In this document: piece after piece, positions 27,907 through 37,172 of the stretch
Layout: each line of letters begins with the position of its first letter
Numbering within the stretch: the stretch's first letter is position 1
NCBI GenBank assembly: GCA_016700035.1
Contig: CP064998.1
Coordinates: 727,551-791,550 of the forward strand
DNA length: 64,000 bases
Source of the DNA: a bacterium
GTDB taxonomy: Bacteria; Patescibacteriota; Saccharimonadia; CAILAD01; GCA-016700035
Direction of reading: 5' to 3'
The notes under the pieces: model-generated
Databases searched by the model: none
What the model saw: the letters and a program-made list of their open reading frames with translations, nothing else
What the model was told of the DNA's origin: nothing
Made by a program: the position numbers and the translations under genes

Positions 27907-28382
27907 TCACTCGCTTCATTTCTATATATTTATATACAAGAAAGAGAGAAAAAGAGCAATAGACTACAGATGTAAATAAGGGTAAATAGGTGGAATATCG
28001 GGATTCCATGTAGTTTGAACAACGAAGTAAATAATTAGTATTGCTTTTTATTTTAATTAGTAATACTATTTATATAGAGGTTGTACGTTAACAATTCGGC
28101 TAATGAGAGGTAGTAAATAGGAGGGTATATGGTATCAACTAAGGTGTATCATGTCTTTACGAATGAACAGGATGAATACGTAGAGGATTATAGTAAGGCA
28201 CTGGTACTGTTTACTAAATGGGTTACCGAATACGGTAGTGCCCGACTTTACGAAGAGACGTTTGAAGACGATGAACTTCAGAGTGAAGACTGTATAGGCA
28301 GCTTCGGTTATTTTCCGTGGTAACTGATACGGATATACGCAGATAGTAGCAGAAAAGCAGATTATGCGTTAAAATAGGACTA

Positions 28383-28586
28383 ATGTCCAGAAAGATAGTC
28401 AGTATGCAAGTCAAGGTTTCAGAAGCGGTTAGAAAGCGCGCTAGAGCTGTTGCAAAAGATAATGGAAAAACACTCAATGAGTTTATTATGAGCCTGTTCT
28501 CCAATGCTGGAGATAAAGAACTTAAGAAACTCGTAGAACAAGAATTAAAAAGCAGACCAAAACCAGGACGACCCTGGGATAAGTAA
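28383..28586 (+). CDS. Small ribbon-helix-helix/CopG-like DNA-binding protein (67 aa).
   Basis: VKVSEAVRKRARAVAKDNGKTLNEFIMSLF is an RHH-type pattern (beta strand, then a helix with TLNEFI). Confidence 0.4.
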   Translation: MSRKIVSMQVKVSEAVRKRARAVAKDNGKTLNEFIMSLFSNAGDKELKKLVEQELKSRPKPGRPWDK

Positions 28587-28608
28587 TTATTAGCCGGATT
28601 GTTAGCGT

Positions 28609-28818
28609 ATGGGCCTCTTTATACATGGAGGGTATATGTCGAGGCCAAAAGGTAGCAAGAACAATTCAAAACCGCTCGTTGTTGAAACGTTTTCATACAC
28701 GACCGAGCAGCGGATTACGTTGTTTGCTCACCTGATTGTCGAGAAAATACTTGAAGATCAGCGCAATGGGCGTATTTTCCTCAAAGTGATAAGGCAAGAA
28801 GATGTCCCAAAACAGTAA
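28609..28818 (+). CDS. Hypothetical 69-aa protein immediately upstream of, and overlapping, the recombinase gene. It is a candidate recombination directionality factor.
   Basis: The position is its only support. No recognisable motif. Confidence 0.25.
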   Translation: MGLFIHGGYMSRPKGSKNNSKPLVVETFSYTTEQRITLFAHLIVEKILEDQRNGRIFLKVIRQEDVPKQ

Positions 28819-30514
28819 ACCTCGCAACGGACTACTTGCCATACGGGTGTCCTCTGATAAACAGGGGCTGGACGGTGACTCACCGGAAGCTCAACGTGAG
28901 CAAGGTGAACGCTACGCCGCTACACACAATATTATTATTACCGAAACTGTCATCCTGATGGAGTCTGCCTCGCACGAAGACCAGCCAATGCAGGAAGTTA
29001 TCAACCGCTGCAAAGACAAGAGTAAAGGCATTGAGGTAGTGTTAATTAAATCTATTGACCGCTTTACTCGTGGTGGCGGTGACTACTATTCCCCCTTAAA
29101 AAGACAGCTAACCAAACTTGGAGTTGCTCTTGAGGATATGTACGGTGTCATTGGTAAACGACAAGTTAATACGTTGGAACACACTGGCTTCAAATACTAC
29201 TGGAGTGAGTTCAATCCTACGCAGAAATCCGAATACTTAGAAGCGGAACGAGCTAAAGACGAAATGCGCGACATTATGAGCCGTATGATCGGTGCCGAAA
29301 TCCGCTACACCCAGCTTGGTTACTGGATGCGCCAGCCGCCGTATGGTTTTATTAGTCAGAAAGTTGATACCAAGAATGGTAAACGCCTTATCTTGCAACC
29401 ACATCCCGAAGAATCACCGTATATGATACGACTGTTTGAGATGAGAGCCGAGAGTATTTACAGCGACCAGCAGATCGCTGATGAACTCAATCGACTTGGT
29501 TTTAGAACCCGCATCCGCTATGTGCGTGATAAATATGATCGGACCAAGATTGTCAGACAAATCGGCGGACATAAAATGACCGCTAAAATGGTTGACCGCT
29601 ACGTACACAACCCGATATATGCTGGTGTGATTAAAGAGAAATGGACGTACGATAAACCAGTCAAAGCCCAGTTTGACGGTCTGGTATTGCCAGCACTGTA
29701 TAACGCAGCTAATCGGGGCAAGTACATCATTAAGATTGACGCTCAAAACGTCGTAACGCTGTACCGCAAACAACCGCCAGCACACTTGACGAATAAGAAT
29801 ATGCACAATCCAGAGTTTCCATACAAAAAGGTGGTGACATGTTCAGAGTGCAAGAGAACATTACTTGGCAGTGCCTCACGTGGTAAAGCCGGTAAATACT
29901 ACCCAGCCTACCATTGCAGTAAGGATGGCCACTATTTCCGTGTCCCAAAGGCTGTATTCGAGCAAACCATAGATGATGTTGTCAGACGGCTTGAGATTGC
30001 CCCAGAAAAGCTAGCCGACCTTATGAGCGCTATTGAGCAAGCATGGCTTGAGAAACAAGCTCAGACCGCCCAGGACAACCAGAAAGTCCTAGAACAACGC
30101 CAGGCTATTGAAACGCAGATTAAGGCTGGAGTAGACCGCATGAAACTCGTTACCAGCAAAACGGCAATTAAATACATAGAGGAGGATATTGAGGGGCTAG
30201 AAAAACAGCTTACCCAGCTAGATGAACAACAAGCTAATAAATCGGCAGAAACGGTAGATATGGAAGTCGTGTTGCAATATGCAAGATACTTGGTGGAACA
30301 CCTAGCAGATATACTGCTTCACCTCCGTAATCCGCTCCGAAAAGCAGCCTTTTTTGGCGCTATCTTTAACGCAGTACCAACTTACGAAGATTTAGTTGGT
30401 GGAACACAAAAAAACAGCCCGATACCAGGGGTAAATGAGCTGTTTCGTATTGCGTTGTCGCCAAATCCTAATATGGTGACCCCACGGGGAATCGAACCCC
30501 GATTGCCAGATTGA
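28802..30514 (+). CDS. Large serine recombinase (570 aa). Its 3' end overlaps the tRNA-Glu gene.
   Basis: N-terminal resolvase catalytic motif LLAIRVSSDKQ, with the Ser nucleophile. Recombinase domain. Zinc-ribbon CSECKRT...YHCSKDGH. C-terminal coiled-coil. The last ~13 codons are antisense to the tRNA. Confidence 0.8.
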   Translation: MSQNSKPRNGLLAIRVSSDKQGLDGDSPEAQREQGERYAATHNIIITETVILMESASHEDQPMQEVINRCKDKSKGIEVVLIKSIDRFTRGGGDYYSPLKRQLTKLGVALEDMYGVIGKRQVNTLEHTGFKYYWSEFNPTQKSEYLEAERAKDEMRDIMSRMIGAEIRYTQLGYWMRQPPYGFISQKVDTKNGKRLILQPHPEESPYMIRLFEMRAESIYSDQQIADELNRLGFRTRIRYVRDKYDRTKIVRQIGGHKMTAKMVDRYVHNPIYAGVIKEKWTYDKPVKAQFDGLVLPALYNAANRGKYIIKIDAQNVVTLYRKQPPAHLTNKNMHNPEFPYKKVVTCSECKRTLLGSASRGKAGKYYPAYHCSKDGHYFRVPKAVFEQTIDDVVRRLEIAPEKLADLMSAIEQAWLEKQAQTAQDNQKVLEQRQAIETQIKAGVDRMKLVTSKTAIKYIEEDIEGLEKQLTQLDEQQANKSAETVDMEVVLQYARYLVEHLADILLHLRNPLRKAAFFGAIFNAVPTYEDLVGGTQKNSPIPGVNELFRIALSPNPNMVTPRGIEPRLPD

Positions 30515-30548
30515 AAATCTGATGTCCTAACCGTTAGACGATGGGGCC
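30474..30548 (-). tRNA. tRNA-Glu (anticodon UUC) with encoded CCA. Its 3' 19 nt are duplicated at 5146-5164.
   Basis: A manual cloverleaf can be drawn. Acceptor GGCCCCA/TGGGGTC. D-arm GTCT..GGAC. Anticodon stem TCAGA/TCTGG with loop TTTTCAA. T-arm CGGGG TTCGATT CCCCG. Discriminator A plus CCA. Confidence 0.75.
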
Positions 30549-30698
30549 ACGGCTAGAAAACTTGAGCTATCTTACCAGTTTTAAGTAGTTTCTTCAAGAG
30601 TAAGACCATATTGCTTATTGACTTTTCATGCTACTTATGCTATTATAGTAATTATCTTCAAAATCTGAAGTGTACCCCTTTTACCCAGGAGGTGTGGC

Positions 30699-31262
30699 AT
30701 GGCCACCAAGAATACCCGACTGACAGCCATCACGCTAGTGGTGACACTGATCATCATGACGATCATCATTGTGATGATGGTTGCCCAAGGCAACCTGGTG
30801 CGCACCGAAGGCAAGCCTCAGTCGACACACGGCGTCGACATGGTGGTGGCAACCACCTCCACGATCGAAGTCACGCACGAACCACGTATAAACAGCGCCT
30901 TGCATGGGCGCAGTAGCCTGAACACAAACTGCGCCGTCGAGCTGGCCTTCATCAACAACACCGAGAGCGACGTCGTCATCTCGATCTACGTCGAGACGGT
31001 GACCAACTCCGATGAGCACGAGGAAATGATTCCTGCAAAGGGCTCGTTCACCGTGACGCTCATCCGAGCAGAACCTGTCACGTTCGTCTCGGCCGGTGAG
31101 GCATCCGGTAGCAGTGACGCACTGGTCAACTGGGCGCCAGACTACTCCGGCTGTCCTAACGGGCCGGCCGTCACCCCGCCCACCGGCGGAGTTGGCGACA
31201 GCCAGCAGATTGAGCGACCTGCACCCAGTGCAGATTTGAACTCAGACCTGAATGTCGCCTAA
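30699..31262 (+). CDS. Hypothetical membrane-anchored protein (187 aa) in a GC-rich (~58-60%) segment.
   Basis: N-terminal TM helix LTAITLVVTLIIMTIIIVMMV. Composition is strongly shifted relative to neighbouring genes. Confidence 0.45.
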   Translation: MATKNTRLTAITLVVTLIIMTIIIVMMVAQGNLVRTEGKPQSTHGVDMVVATTSTIEVTHEPRINSALHGRSSLNTNCAVELAFINNTESDVVISIYVETVTNSDEHEEMIPAKGSFTVTLIRAEPVTFVSAGEASGSSDALVNWAPDYSGCPNGPAVTPPTGGVGDSQQIERPAPSADLNSDLNVA

Positions 31263-31286
31263 GCTCTATCCCTGAACCGCTGGGTA

Positions 31287-31340
31287 GTTCAGGGGTCGAA
31301 CCCCGGTAAGCTAGCCAATAGCTTGCCGGGGTAATTTTTT
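31287..31340 (+). terminator. Rho-independent terminator (12-bp stem ccccggtaagct/agcttgccgggg, then a T7 run), preceded by a second hairpin at 31264-31289.
   Basis: aaccccggtaagctagccaatagcttgccggggtaattttttt. Confidence 0.6.
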
Positions 31341-32638
31341 TAATCTAAGCCACCAGCCTTAATAATATCGGCATATATTCTAGCGCTTGGTCGCACCGTC
31401 CGACGCATCGTCTTCCGATCCACTGCTACCAAACCAAACTTGGGCCAATATCCCTTGTCCCATTCAAAATTGTCCAGCAAAGCCCAATATATAAAGCCCT
31501 GCACATTCACGCCGGCTCGCATGGCCGAATGCACATTACGCAATAGCTCTTTTATATACCAAGCACGACTCTCATCCTGTCCATCAGCTAGGCCACACTC
31601 TGTAATAATTACTGGTTGCTTAGGATAGCGTGCGCCAATCATTTTTAATAATTCCTGCATCCCCTCTGGATGTAAGCCCCAGCCCATGTCGGACGGGTTC
31701 TGATCCGAGATTCGCCAATGCAAGCCACGCAAGGTAAATTTAAAATAATAATTCAAGCCAATATAATCTTGGTAAGCTTTAATTTGATCTAAAAAATAAT
31801 AATTCCCAAACCAGTTTTGCATACCAGCTAAAACCGGTGTCAATAATCTGCCATCGGCGGCATACCACATCATATTTTTAGAAATCCCCACTTTGGCTTT
31901 TGGAGAATGCCTCTTAATAGCCTTGTAGGCTCGAATGTGAGCTCGAGGCATTAGTGATGTATATGCCATAAACGCCGCTGCAATATTCTTTTGCTGTGGT
32001 GGCCAAAATCCCAACCAATACGAAAAACTAGCAAAAACCTCCGGCTCATTCATGGTGCACCAGTAGCGTACATCATGGCCAAATTCCTTTGCCATACGCT
32101 CGGCGTAGTGCTCAAAATCAGTAATGGTCTTAGGATTAGTAAAGCCACCCTGATCTTCCACCCACTTTGGCAATGAAAAATGCCATAACGTAACCAGTGG
32201 TTCAATTCCGCGCCGATGAAGTGCCGTGATGACTCGACGATAATGCTCAATTGCCGAGCTATCAAAAACACCACGCTGAGGCTGAATACGACTCCACTCG
32301 AAAGAAAAACGATGGGCATTATGATGCAAGGTGCGGGCAATATCAAAATCTTTTTCGTACCGATTAAAGTGATCCACACCTCGCCCAGAAATATAATTTT
32401 CAGCCGTAATGGCTTCATCTTTAATGCGATACCAATGCACTGCTGGAGTGTCGAAAGCTTTTTTAGATCCTCGCGCTAATGCTGTAGCGTGCTTTTTTTC
32501 CCATTCGGTCCAATTATTATCCTGATGACCCTCAACTTGGTGCGAACTTGTGGCAGCTCCCCACAAAAAGTTCTTTGGAAACTGCAGGTGTGGTGATTTA
32601 TTAGACATATACCCATTATTATACTTGTCAGTGGACAT
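31340..32638 (-). CDS. Glycoside hydrolase family 1 (beta-glucosidase/6-phospho-beta-glucosidase-like), 432 aa.
   Basis: GH1 N-terminal motif FPKNFLWGAATSSHQVEG. Acid/base motif TMNEPEV. The nucleophile region is ITECG where GH1 normally has ITENG, which is atypical. Confidence 0.65.
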   Translation of the reverse strand: MSTDKYNNGYMSNKSPHLQFPKNFLWGAATSSHQVEGHQDNNWTEWEKKHATALARGSKKAFDTPAVHWYRIKDEAITAENYISGRGVDHFNRYEKDFDIARTLHHNAHRFSFEWSRIQPQRGVFDSSAIEHYRRVITALHRRGIEPLVTLWHFSLPKWVEDQGGFTNPKTITDFEHYAERMAKEFGHDVRYWCTMNEPEVFASFSYWLGFWPPQQKNIAAAFMAYTSLMPRAHIRAYKAIKRHSPKAKVGISKNMMWYAADGRLLTPVLAGMQNWFGNYYFLDQIKAYQDYIGLNYYFKFTLRGLHWRISDQNPSDMGWGLHPEGMQELLKMIGARYPKQPVIITECGLADGQDESRAWYIKELLRNVHSAMRAGVNVQGFIYWALLDNFEWDKGYWPKFGLVAVDRKTMRRTVRPSARIYADIIKAGGLD

Positions 32639-32691
32639 AACTTCGAGTTAGCATAAACATAATACCCTCAAAAACCAGGAGGAGGCGCACC

Positions 32692-33081
32692 TTGTCTAAA
32701 CGTAAGCGACGCCCCTATGCCCGTTTTAGCGTCAAGGCAACTCGGCGTAACCTAACTAAGTTACTGGAACTCGACTTAAACGTTCATCATATACACTACC
32801 CACGTCGTGCCTATGAAGCCGATCCGATCGCCAAACAATTTCGCGAGCTCCCCTGCCAACGCGTTATTACTGAGGTTAGCGACCACACCGCCCTGCACCG
32901 CAATCAGCCACAGCCCAATATGCCAACTCATCGGCAGATGGTAGCCGTTATCAACAACTGCTCCAACTCTGGTTGTGATCGACAGGGCTGCACTAAGCCG
33001 ATTAAGCTCGCTTGCGACCCGACACGAATAGACTTGGCCACTTTGCCGGCAACAGTAGTGGCAATCCGTCCATTTACGTAA
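32692..33081 (+). CDS. Hypothetical basic protein (129 aa). May not be a real gene.
   Basis: ORF only. No motif. Confidence 0.2.
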   Translation: MSKRKRRPYARFSVKATRRNLTKLLELDLNVHHIHYPRRAYEADPIAKQFRELPCQRVITEVSDHTALHRNQPQPNMPTHRQMVAVINNCSNSGCDRQGCTKPIKLACDPTRIDLATLPATVVAIRPFT

Positions 33082-33177
33082 TTTTTTTCAATACCCCGCT
33101 GCATCAGTCGTGTGGGGTAATTTATCGATCAGTTTATGCGCTCATAACAAAACCCTTATGGTATAATTTAGCTCAAG

Positions 33178-34764
33178 ATGCAGATTGCCTCGATTAAAGC
33201 CTACCAGGTACTCGACTCGAGGGGGGAGCCGACAATCCGCGTTCGTATGGAATCCGCCAGTGGTAACCATGCGCGGTTTGATGCGCCCAGCAGTTTGTCG
33301 GTTGGAGTGCGCGAGGCCAAAGAGCGTCGTGATAATGCTGGTGGTGGTTACGACGGCAATACTGTTACTGGCAATATTGAAGCTATTGAAAATATCATTG
33401 CGCCAAAATTTATTGGTTACCCCCTAGCCCATCAAGCTGACTTTGACACTCTCCTCAATGCCCTCGATGGTACGCCGGATAAATCCAACCTGGGTAGCAA
33501 CACCTTAACTGCTATGAGTGGAGCCTACTTCCTGCTTTCCTGCTACGAGCAAGATAAAGAAGTTTGGCGTGCCACCGCCGATATTCTTGGCACTACACCA
33601 GATATGCCTCGACTATATGCCAATTTAGTGTCGGGCGGTGCCCATGCTCCAGGTTTGGATGTGCAGGAATTTATGATTGTACCTAAGAGTACCGATCCTG
33701 CCGCCTCGCTTGAACTAATTTATAGCGTGCACCATACAGCCAAGCAAATTTTCCGCTCACTCTATGGTCCTAGCGTTGAACTAGTTTCTGAAGAAGGATC
33801 GATGGCGCCAATTGGCATTGCCACCGAAACTGTGCTGGAAGCTTTTGAGCAACTTTCCCGACGCTACAATCAGGCCTATCAAATCGCCCTCGACATGGCC
33901 GCCTATAATCTCTTCCAGGACGGACAATACACTCTGGGCGGTCAGGCTATCTCAATGGATCAGCTGGGCGCTACTTATATGCAGTGGGATCAGCGCTTCC
34001 CAATTCTTTCCATTGAAGATCCGTTCGCAGAAAATGATATTGAGGGATTAAAATACCTACTCACCCAACCGAGTCGTAAATTTATGGCTATTGGCGATGC
34101 CACAACCGCAACTGCAGCTGGCCGGATTGCCGAGCTTGGCCAGCAACGACTAATTGGCGGAGCAGTCATTAAGCCCGATCAAACCGGCACAATTACCGAA
34201 ATGCTAGATGCCATTCGGGCTGCTCTGCAATCTGGCGTGAAGGTAATTCTAGCTCATCGATCAGGCGAAACAAACGATACTTATCTAGCTGATATTGCTT
34301 ATGGCGTTGGAGCTTTTGGACTCAAGGCTGGAGCGCCTGTGCGCGGTGAGCGAGTGGCAAAATATAATCGGCTAATAGAAATTGCCGATGATATCCGACC
34401 GCCAGCTCAGCCGGTGCAACAAAATACAACAGCCGCAGTTAATCCAGGCCTAGCTCCACTACCTCCTCAGAGTCCACCGCCTACGCCGCAAGCTCCGCCT
34501 GTTATGCCAGCGCCATTAGTCAACCAAATGCCCCCTACGCCACAAGCTCCGCCACCAGCACAAACAGCTAGCGCCATACACTTTGATCGACCTCTCTACC
34601 CCACACCAGCTCCACCAATCCCTCAGGCCCCGCCACTCACACCAATTCAATCACCTCCGCCCATTCCTGCACCAAGGCCCCAAATTTCACCTAGCGTGAG
34701 TGATAGTCAGCCCCTCGCCGAGCCAGGACCAACCGCAAGCTACAATAGCGGCGCCCCTCTTTAA
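33178..34764 (+). CDS. eno: Enolase (phosphopyruvate hydratase) with a ~110-aa proline-rich C-terminal extension.
   Basis: N-terminal IKAYQVLDSRGEPTIRV. C-terminal core SGETNDTYLADIAYGVGAFGLKAGAPVRGERVAKYNRLIEI. After that comes a PQAPP/PPxP-repeat tail that canonical enolases lack. Confidence 0.75.
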   Translation: MQIASIKAYQVLDSRGEPTIRVRMESASGNHARFDAPSSLSVGVREAKERRDNAGGGYDGNTVTGNIEAIENIIAPKFIGYPLAHQADFDTLLNALDGTPDKSNLGSNTLTAMSGAYFLLSCYEQDKEVWRATADILGTTPDMPRLYANLVSGGAHAPGLDVQEFMIVPKSTDPAASLELIYSVHHTAKQIFRSLYGPSVELVSEEGSMAPIGIATETVLEAFEQLSRRYNQAYQIALDMAAYNLFQDGQYTLGGQAISMDQLGATYMQWDQRFPILSIEDPFAENDIEGLKYLLTQPSRKFMAIGDATTATAAGRIAELGQQRLIGGAVIKPDQTGTITEMLDAIRAALQSGVKVILAHRSGETNDTYLADIAYGVGAFGLKAGAPVRGERVAKYNRLIEIADDIRPPAQPVQQNTTAAVNPGLAPLPPQSPPPTPQAPPVMPAPLVNQMPPTPQAPPPAQTASAIHFDRPLYPTPAPPIPQAPPLTPIQSPPPIPAPRPQISPSVSDSQPLAEPGPTASYNSGAPL

Positions 34765-34780
34765 GCGCTAAAATTAAAGA

Positions 34781-35128
34781 CTATCTGTTTACGCTCGAAG
34801 AAGATGGCCCCATACAAACTCGGTGCCATACATCGCTATCGGGCTCCATGTTTGCACTATGCATCTGATAAAACTGAGCTGCCTTACTATTTGGATTACA
34901 GTACCGCTTTAAACCATTGTTAATTAAAACATTATCGCTAGCTGGTGTATAAATCCAATAGATTAGAAAGATAAAAATAATCATCCAAATAACATTTAAA
35001 CTAAAACTTAAGAAGAACAACAGCCTATAGGTTCGATCCTGACGCGATAGATGAGCTTCAATTTTATCGCGTCCCACAAATTTATGTAGTTTGGATGTTT
35101 TGGGTTTCGATTGAGCTTTCTTTGCCAT
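34781..35128 (-). CDS. Hypothetical small membrane protein (115 aa).
   Basis: One strongly hydrophobic helix NVIWMIIFIFLIYWIY. Confidence 0.3.
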   Translation of the reverse strand: MAKKAQSKPKTSKLHKFVGRDKIEAHLSRQDRTYRLLFFLSFSLNVIWMIIFIFLIYWIYTPASDNVLINNGLKRYCNPNSKAAQFYQMHSANMEPDSDVWHRVCMGPSSSSVNR

Positions 35129-35137
35129 GATCTTCTC

Positions 35138-36316
35138 CTACTTTGTTAATGCCATCACTGCAGGCAACTTCTTGCCAGCTAATAGCTCCAGGGCTGCACC
35201 ACCGCCAGTTGAGATAAATCCAAACTCCTTATGCATACCCAAAGAGTCAATAAATCCAACCGTATCACCACCTCCAATAACCGACAAAGCCCTAGAGCTA
35301 GCAATTGTTTTTGCAACTACTGTTGAGGCCGTGCGGAAAGCTTCTTCCTCGGTGTAACCAAGCGTACCATTCCAAAATATTGTTCGAGCATCCTGCAAGG
35401 CAACATGTATATTGGTGGTACTAGCCGGACCGATATCAAGCGCCATATCACCATCATCTAACTGCCCAACAGTAACCGTTCGTGTACGCTTCGATGTCGG
35501 ACTAGATGCCACCACTACATCAACTGGCAAAATAATTTCAATATTCTTATGTTTTGCAGTAGCTAGTATCTCACGGGCAACCGTGAAGCCTTTTTTATCC
35601 AGTACACTAGCTTGCATATTATGGCCTTGTGCCGCCAAAAAAGTATTGGCCATCACTCCAGAAATAATAATTGTGTCAGCTTTTTTCATGAGATTTTTCA
35701 TAAACTCAATCTTGTCAGATATTTTTGCCCCACCAATGATGGCTACAAACGGTTTTTTGGGTGCGGTCATCAAGCTAGATAATGTCACCACTTCGGTCTG
35801 CAATAATTTACCAGAAGCATGAGGTAAGAGTTTAGGTACCCCCACCAAAGACGCATGCGCCCGATGAGCTACCGCAAAAGCATCATCTACATATACTTCT
35901 GCCAAATCTGCGAGCTGACGCGCAAACTTAGGATCGCCAGCCTCTTCTTCAGCGTGATAACGTAAATTCTCCAATAAAGCTACCTGACCGAAACGCATCT
36001 GCAAAACTTTTTCTCGCACCGAATCTCCCACGCAGTCGTGCAAAAATAACACCTCACGCCGTAACAACTTTGAAAGCAATACTGCAACTGGCTCCAGAGA
36101 ATATTGTGGATCGGACTTACCGTCTGGGCGACCAAGGTGACTCGCTAAAATTATTTTGGCCCGCTGACTGATTAAGTATTGAATAGTTGGCAGAGCTGCC
36201 TCAATCCGCAACTCATCTATTACTACACCTTTGTGGAGTGGTACGTTAAAGTCTACTCGTACCAATACGCGCTTATCTCGCACAATCAAATCTTCTAATC
36301 TATTCATCACTATCAT
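35138..36316 (-). CDS. pgk: Phosphoglycerate kinase. Start reassigned to ATG 36316 with a GAGGAAA RBS.
   Basis: RVDFNVPL and ILASHLGRP signatures. About 392 aa. Confidence 0.85.
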   Translation of the reverse strand: MIVMNRLEDLIVRDKRVLVRVDFNVPLHKGVVIDELRIEAALPTIQYLISQRAKIILASHLGRPDGKSDPQYSLEPVAVLLSKLLRREVLFLHDCVGDSVREKVLQMRFGQVALLENLRYHAEEEAGDPKFARQLADLAEVYVDDAFAVAHRAHASLVGVPKLLPHASGKLLQTEVVTLSSLMTAPKKPFVAIIGGAKISDKIEFMKNLMKKADTIIISGVMANTFLAAQGHNMQASVLDKKGFTVAREILATAKHKNIEIILPVDVVVASSPTSKRTRTVTVGQLDDGDMALDIGPASTTNIHVALQDARTIFWNGTLGYTEEEAFRTASTVVAKTIASSRALSVIGGGDTVGFIDSLGMHKEFGFISTGGGAALELLAGKKLPAVMALTK

Positions 36317-36317
36317 A

Positions 36318-36554
36318 TTAATTTTCCTCTTGAAGCTGGAAGAGTTGTGCCGGATCAGCATAGCGCCCGTCCCACCGCCCCAGGTTGTTATAAGTAATCA
36401 TTGCAGCTACCAGTAAGGCAAATATCAATACTCCAATCCGATAATTCTTACTCTTATCTTTACGAATAAGATGGATAATTTTAACAAACCCCGCCCCCAG
36501 CAAATAGAAAATGATAAAAATCACCAAAAACATGCCAAGATCAATCAACTGCAT
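36318..36554 (-). CDS. Hypothetical small two-TM membrane protein (78 aa).
   Basis: ORF with two hydrophobic helices. Confidence 0.3.
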   Translation of the reverse strand: MQLIDLGMFLVIFIIFYLLGAGFVKIIHLIRKDKSKNYRIGVLIFALLVAAMITYNNLGRWDGRYADPAQLFQLQEEN

Positions 36555-36601
36555 ACTTCTAGTCTATCGCCTACACGGGGCTTTGTGCAACTTACTTATG
36601 C

Positions 36602-37024
36602 TTAAGCCGAAGCTTCACCTAGTTTACGTCGGATTAATTCCAGGACACCACGAGGAGTTTGATCGGCTTTTATAAGATAATCCGCCCCCATCGACTTAGC
36701 TTTTTCAATATCATTTGGATTGTTGGAGTTGGTAAGAAAAACAATTTTAGTACGTGAAAAATCGTAGCCATCATTTTTTAGTTGATTAACCGCTTCAATA
36801 CCAGTCATCTCGGGCATATTAATATCAACCAAGGCTAGGCGTGGTTGATGCTGCTTAATTAGCGTCACTGCCTCGCGACCATTTACACCCATGGCGATAT
36901 GGTAACCAGCTTTAGCTAGCTTGACTTGATACATGCGTGAAATAAACGGATCATCTTCAACAACAACGACATCGGCCTTTTCATTGACACTCGGAACATC
37001 AGATTTATGCACTTTATCTTCCAT
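36602..37024 (-). CDS. Single-domain response regulator (CheY-like receiver only), 140 aa.
   Basis: VVVVEDDPFI...LALVDINMPEMTG...KIVFLT. The phospho-acceptor Asp is in context. Confidence 0.75.
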   Translation of the reverse strand: MEDKVHKSDVPSVNEKADVVVVEDDPFISRMYQVKLAKAGYHIAMGVNGREAVTLIKQHQPRLALVDINMPEMTGIEAVNQLKNDGYDFSRTKIVFLTNSNNPNDIEKAKSMGADYLIKADQTPRGVLELIRRKLGEASA

Positions 37025-37172
37025 GATTAAAAATTATACCGCTTATCCTATCTGATGGCTAGCAACCAACCCCGACCTATATCCTACTAGTAATAAACTT
37101 ATTAGTATAAAAACCCTGAAAATCCTTGTATCCCTCTTTTCTAATACTAAAAACCCCCTGTTTAATACCAGA

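Larger units (their letters stand above)
5146..30548. mobile_element. Putative integrative conjugative element (~25.4 kb) inserted at the 3' end of tRNA-Glu(UUC). It carries a T4SS module, a DGR, an IS481-like transposase, a giant adhesin-like protein with an ABC exporter, a PLD nuclease and a large serine recombinase.
   Basis: The 19-bp direct repeats 5146-5164 and 30474-30492 bracket the region. The recombinase gene overlaps the tRNA at the right end. A T4SS gene set lies inside. The displaced tRNA terminator sits at the left end. Confidence 0.6.

Noticed and set aside
31263-31340. tRNA-like fragment caggggtcgaaccccgg
   Set aside because: It resembles a T-arm, but no acceptor, D or anticodon arms can be built. 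It is better explained as two terminator hairpins ending in a T7 run.
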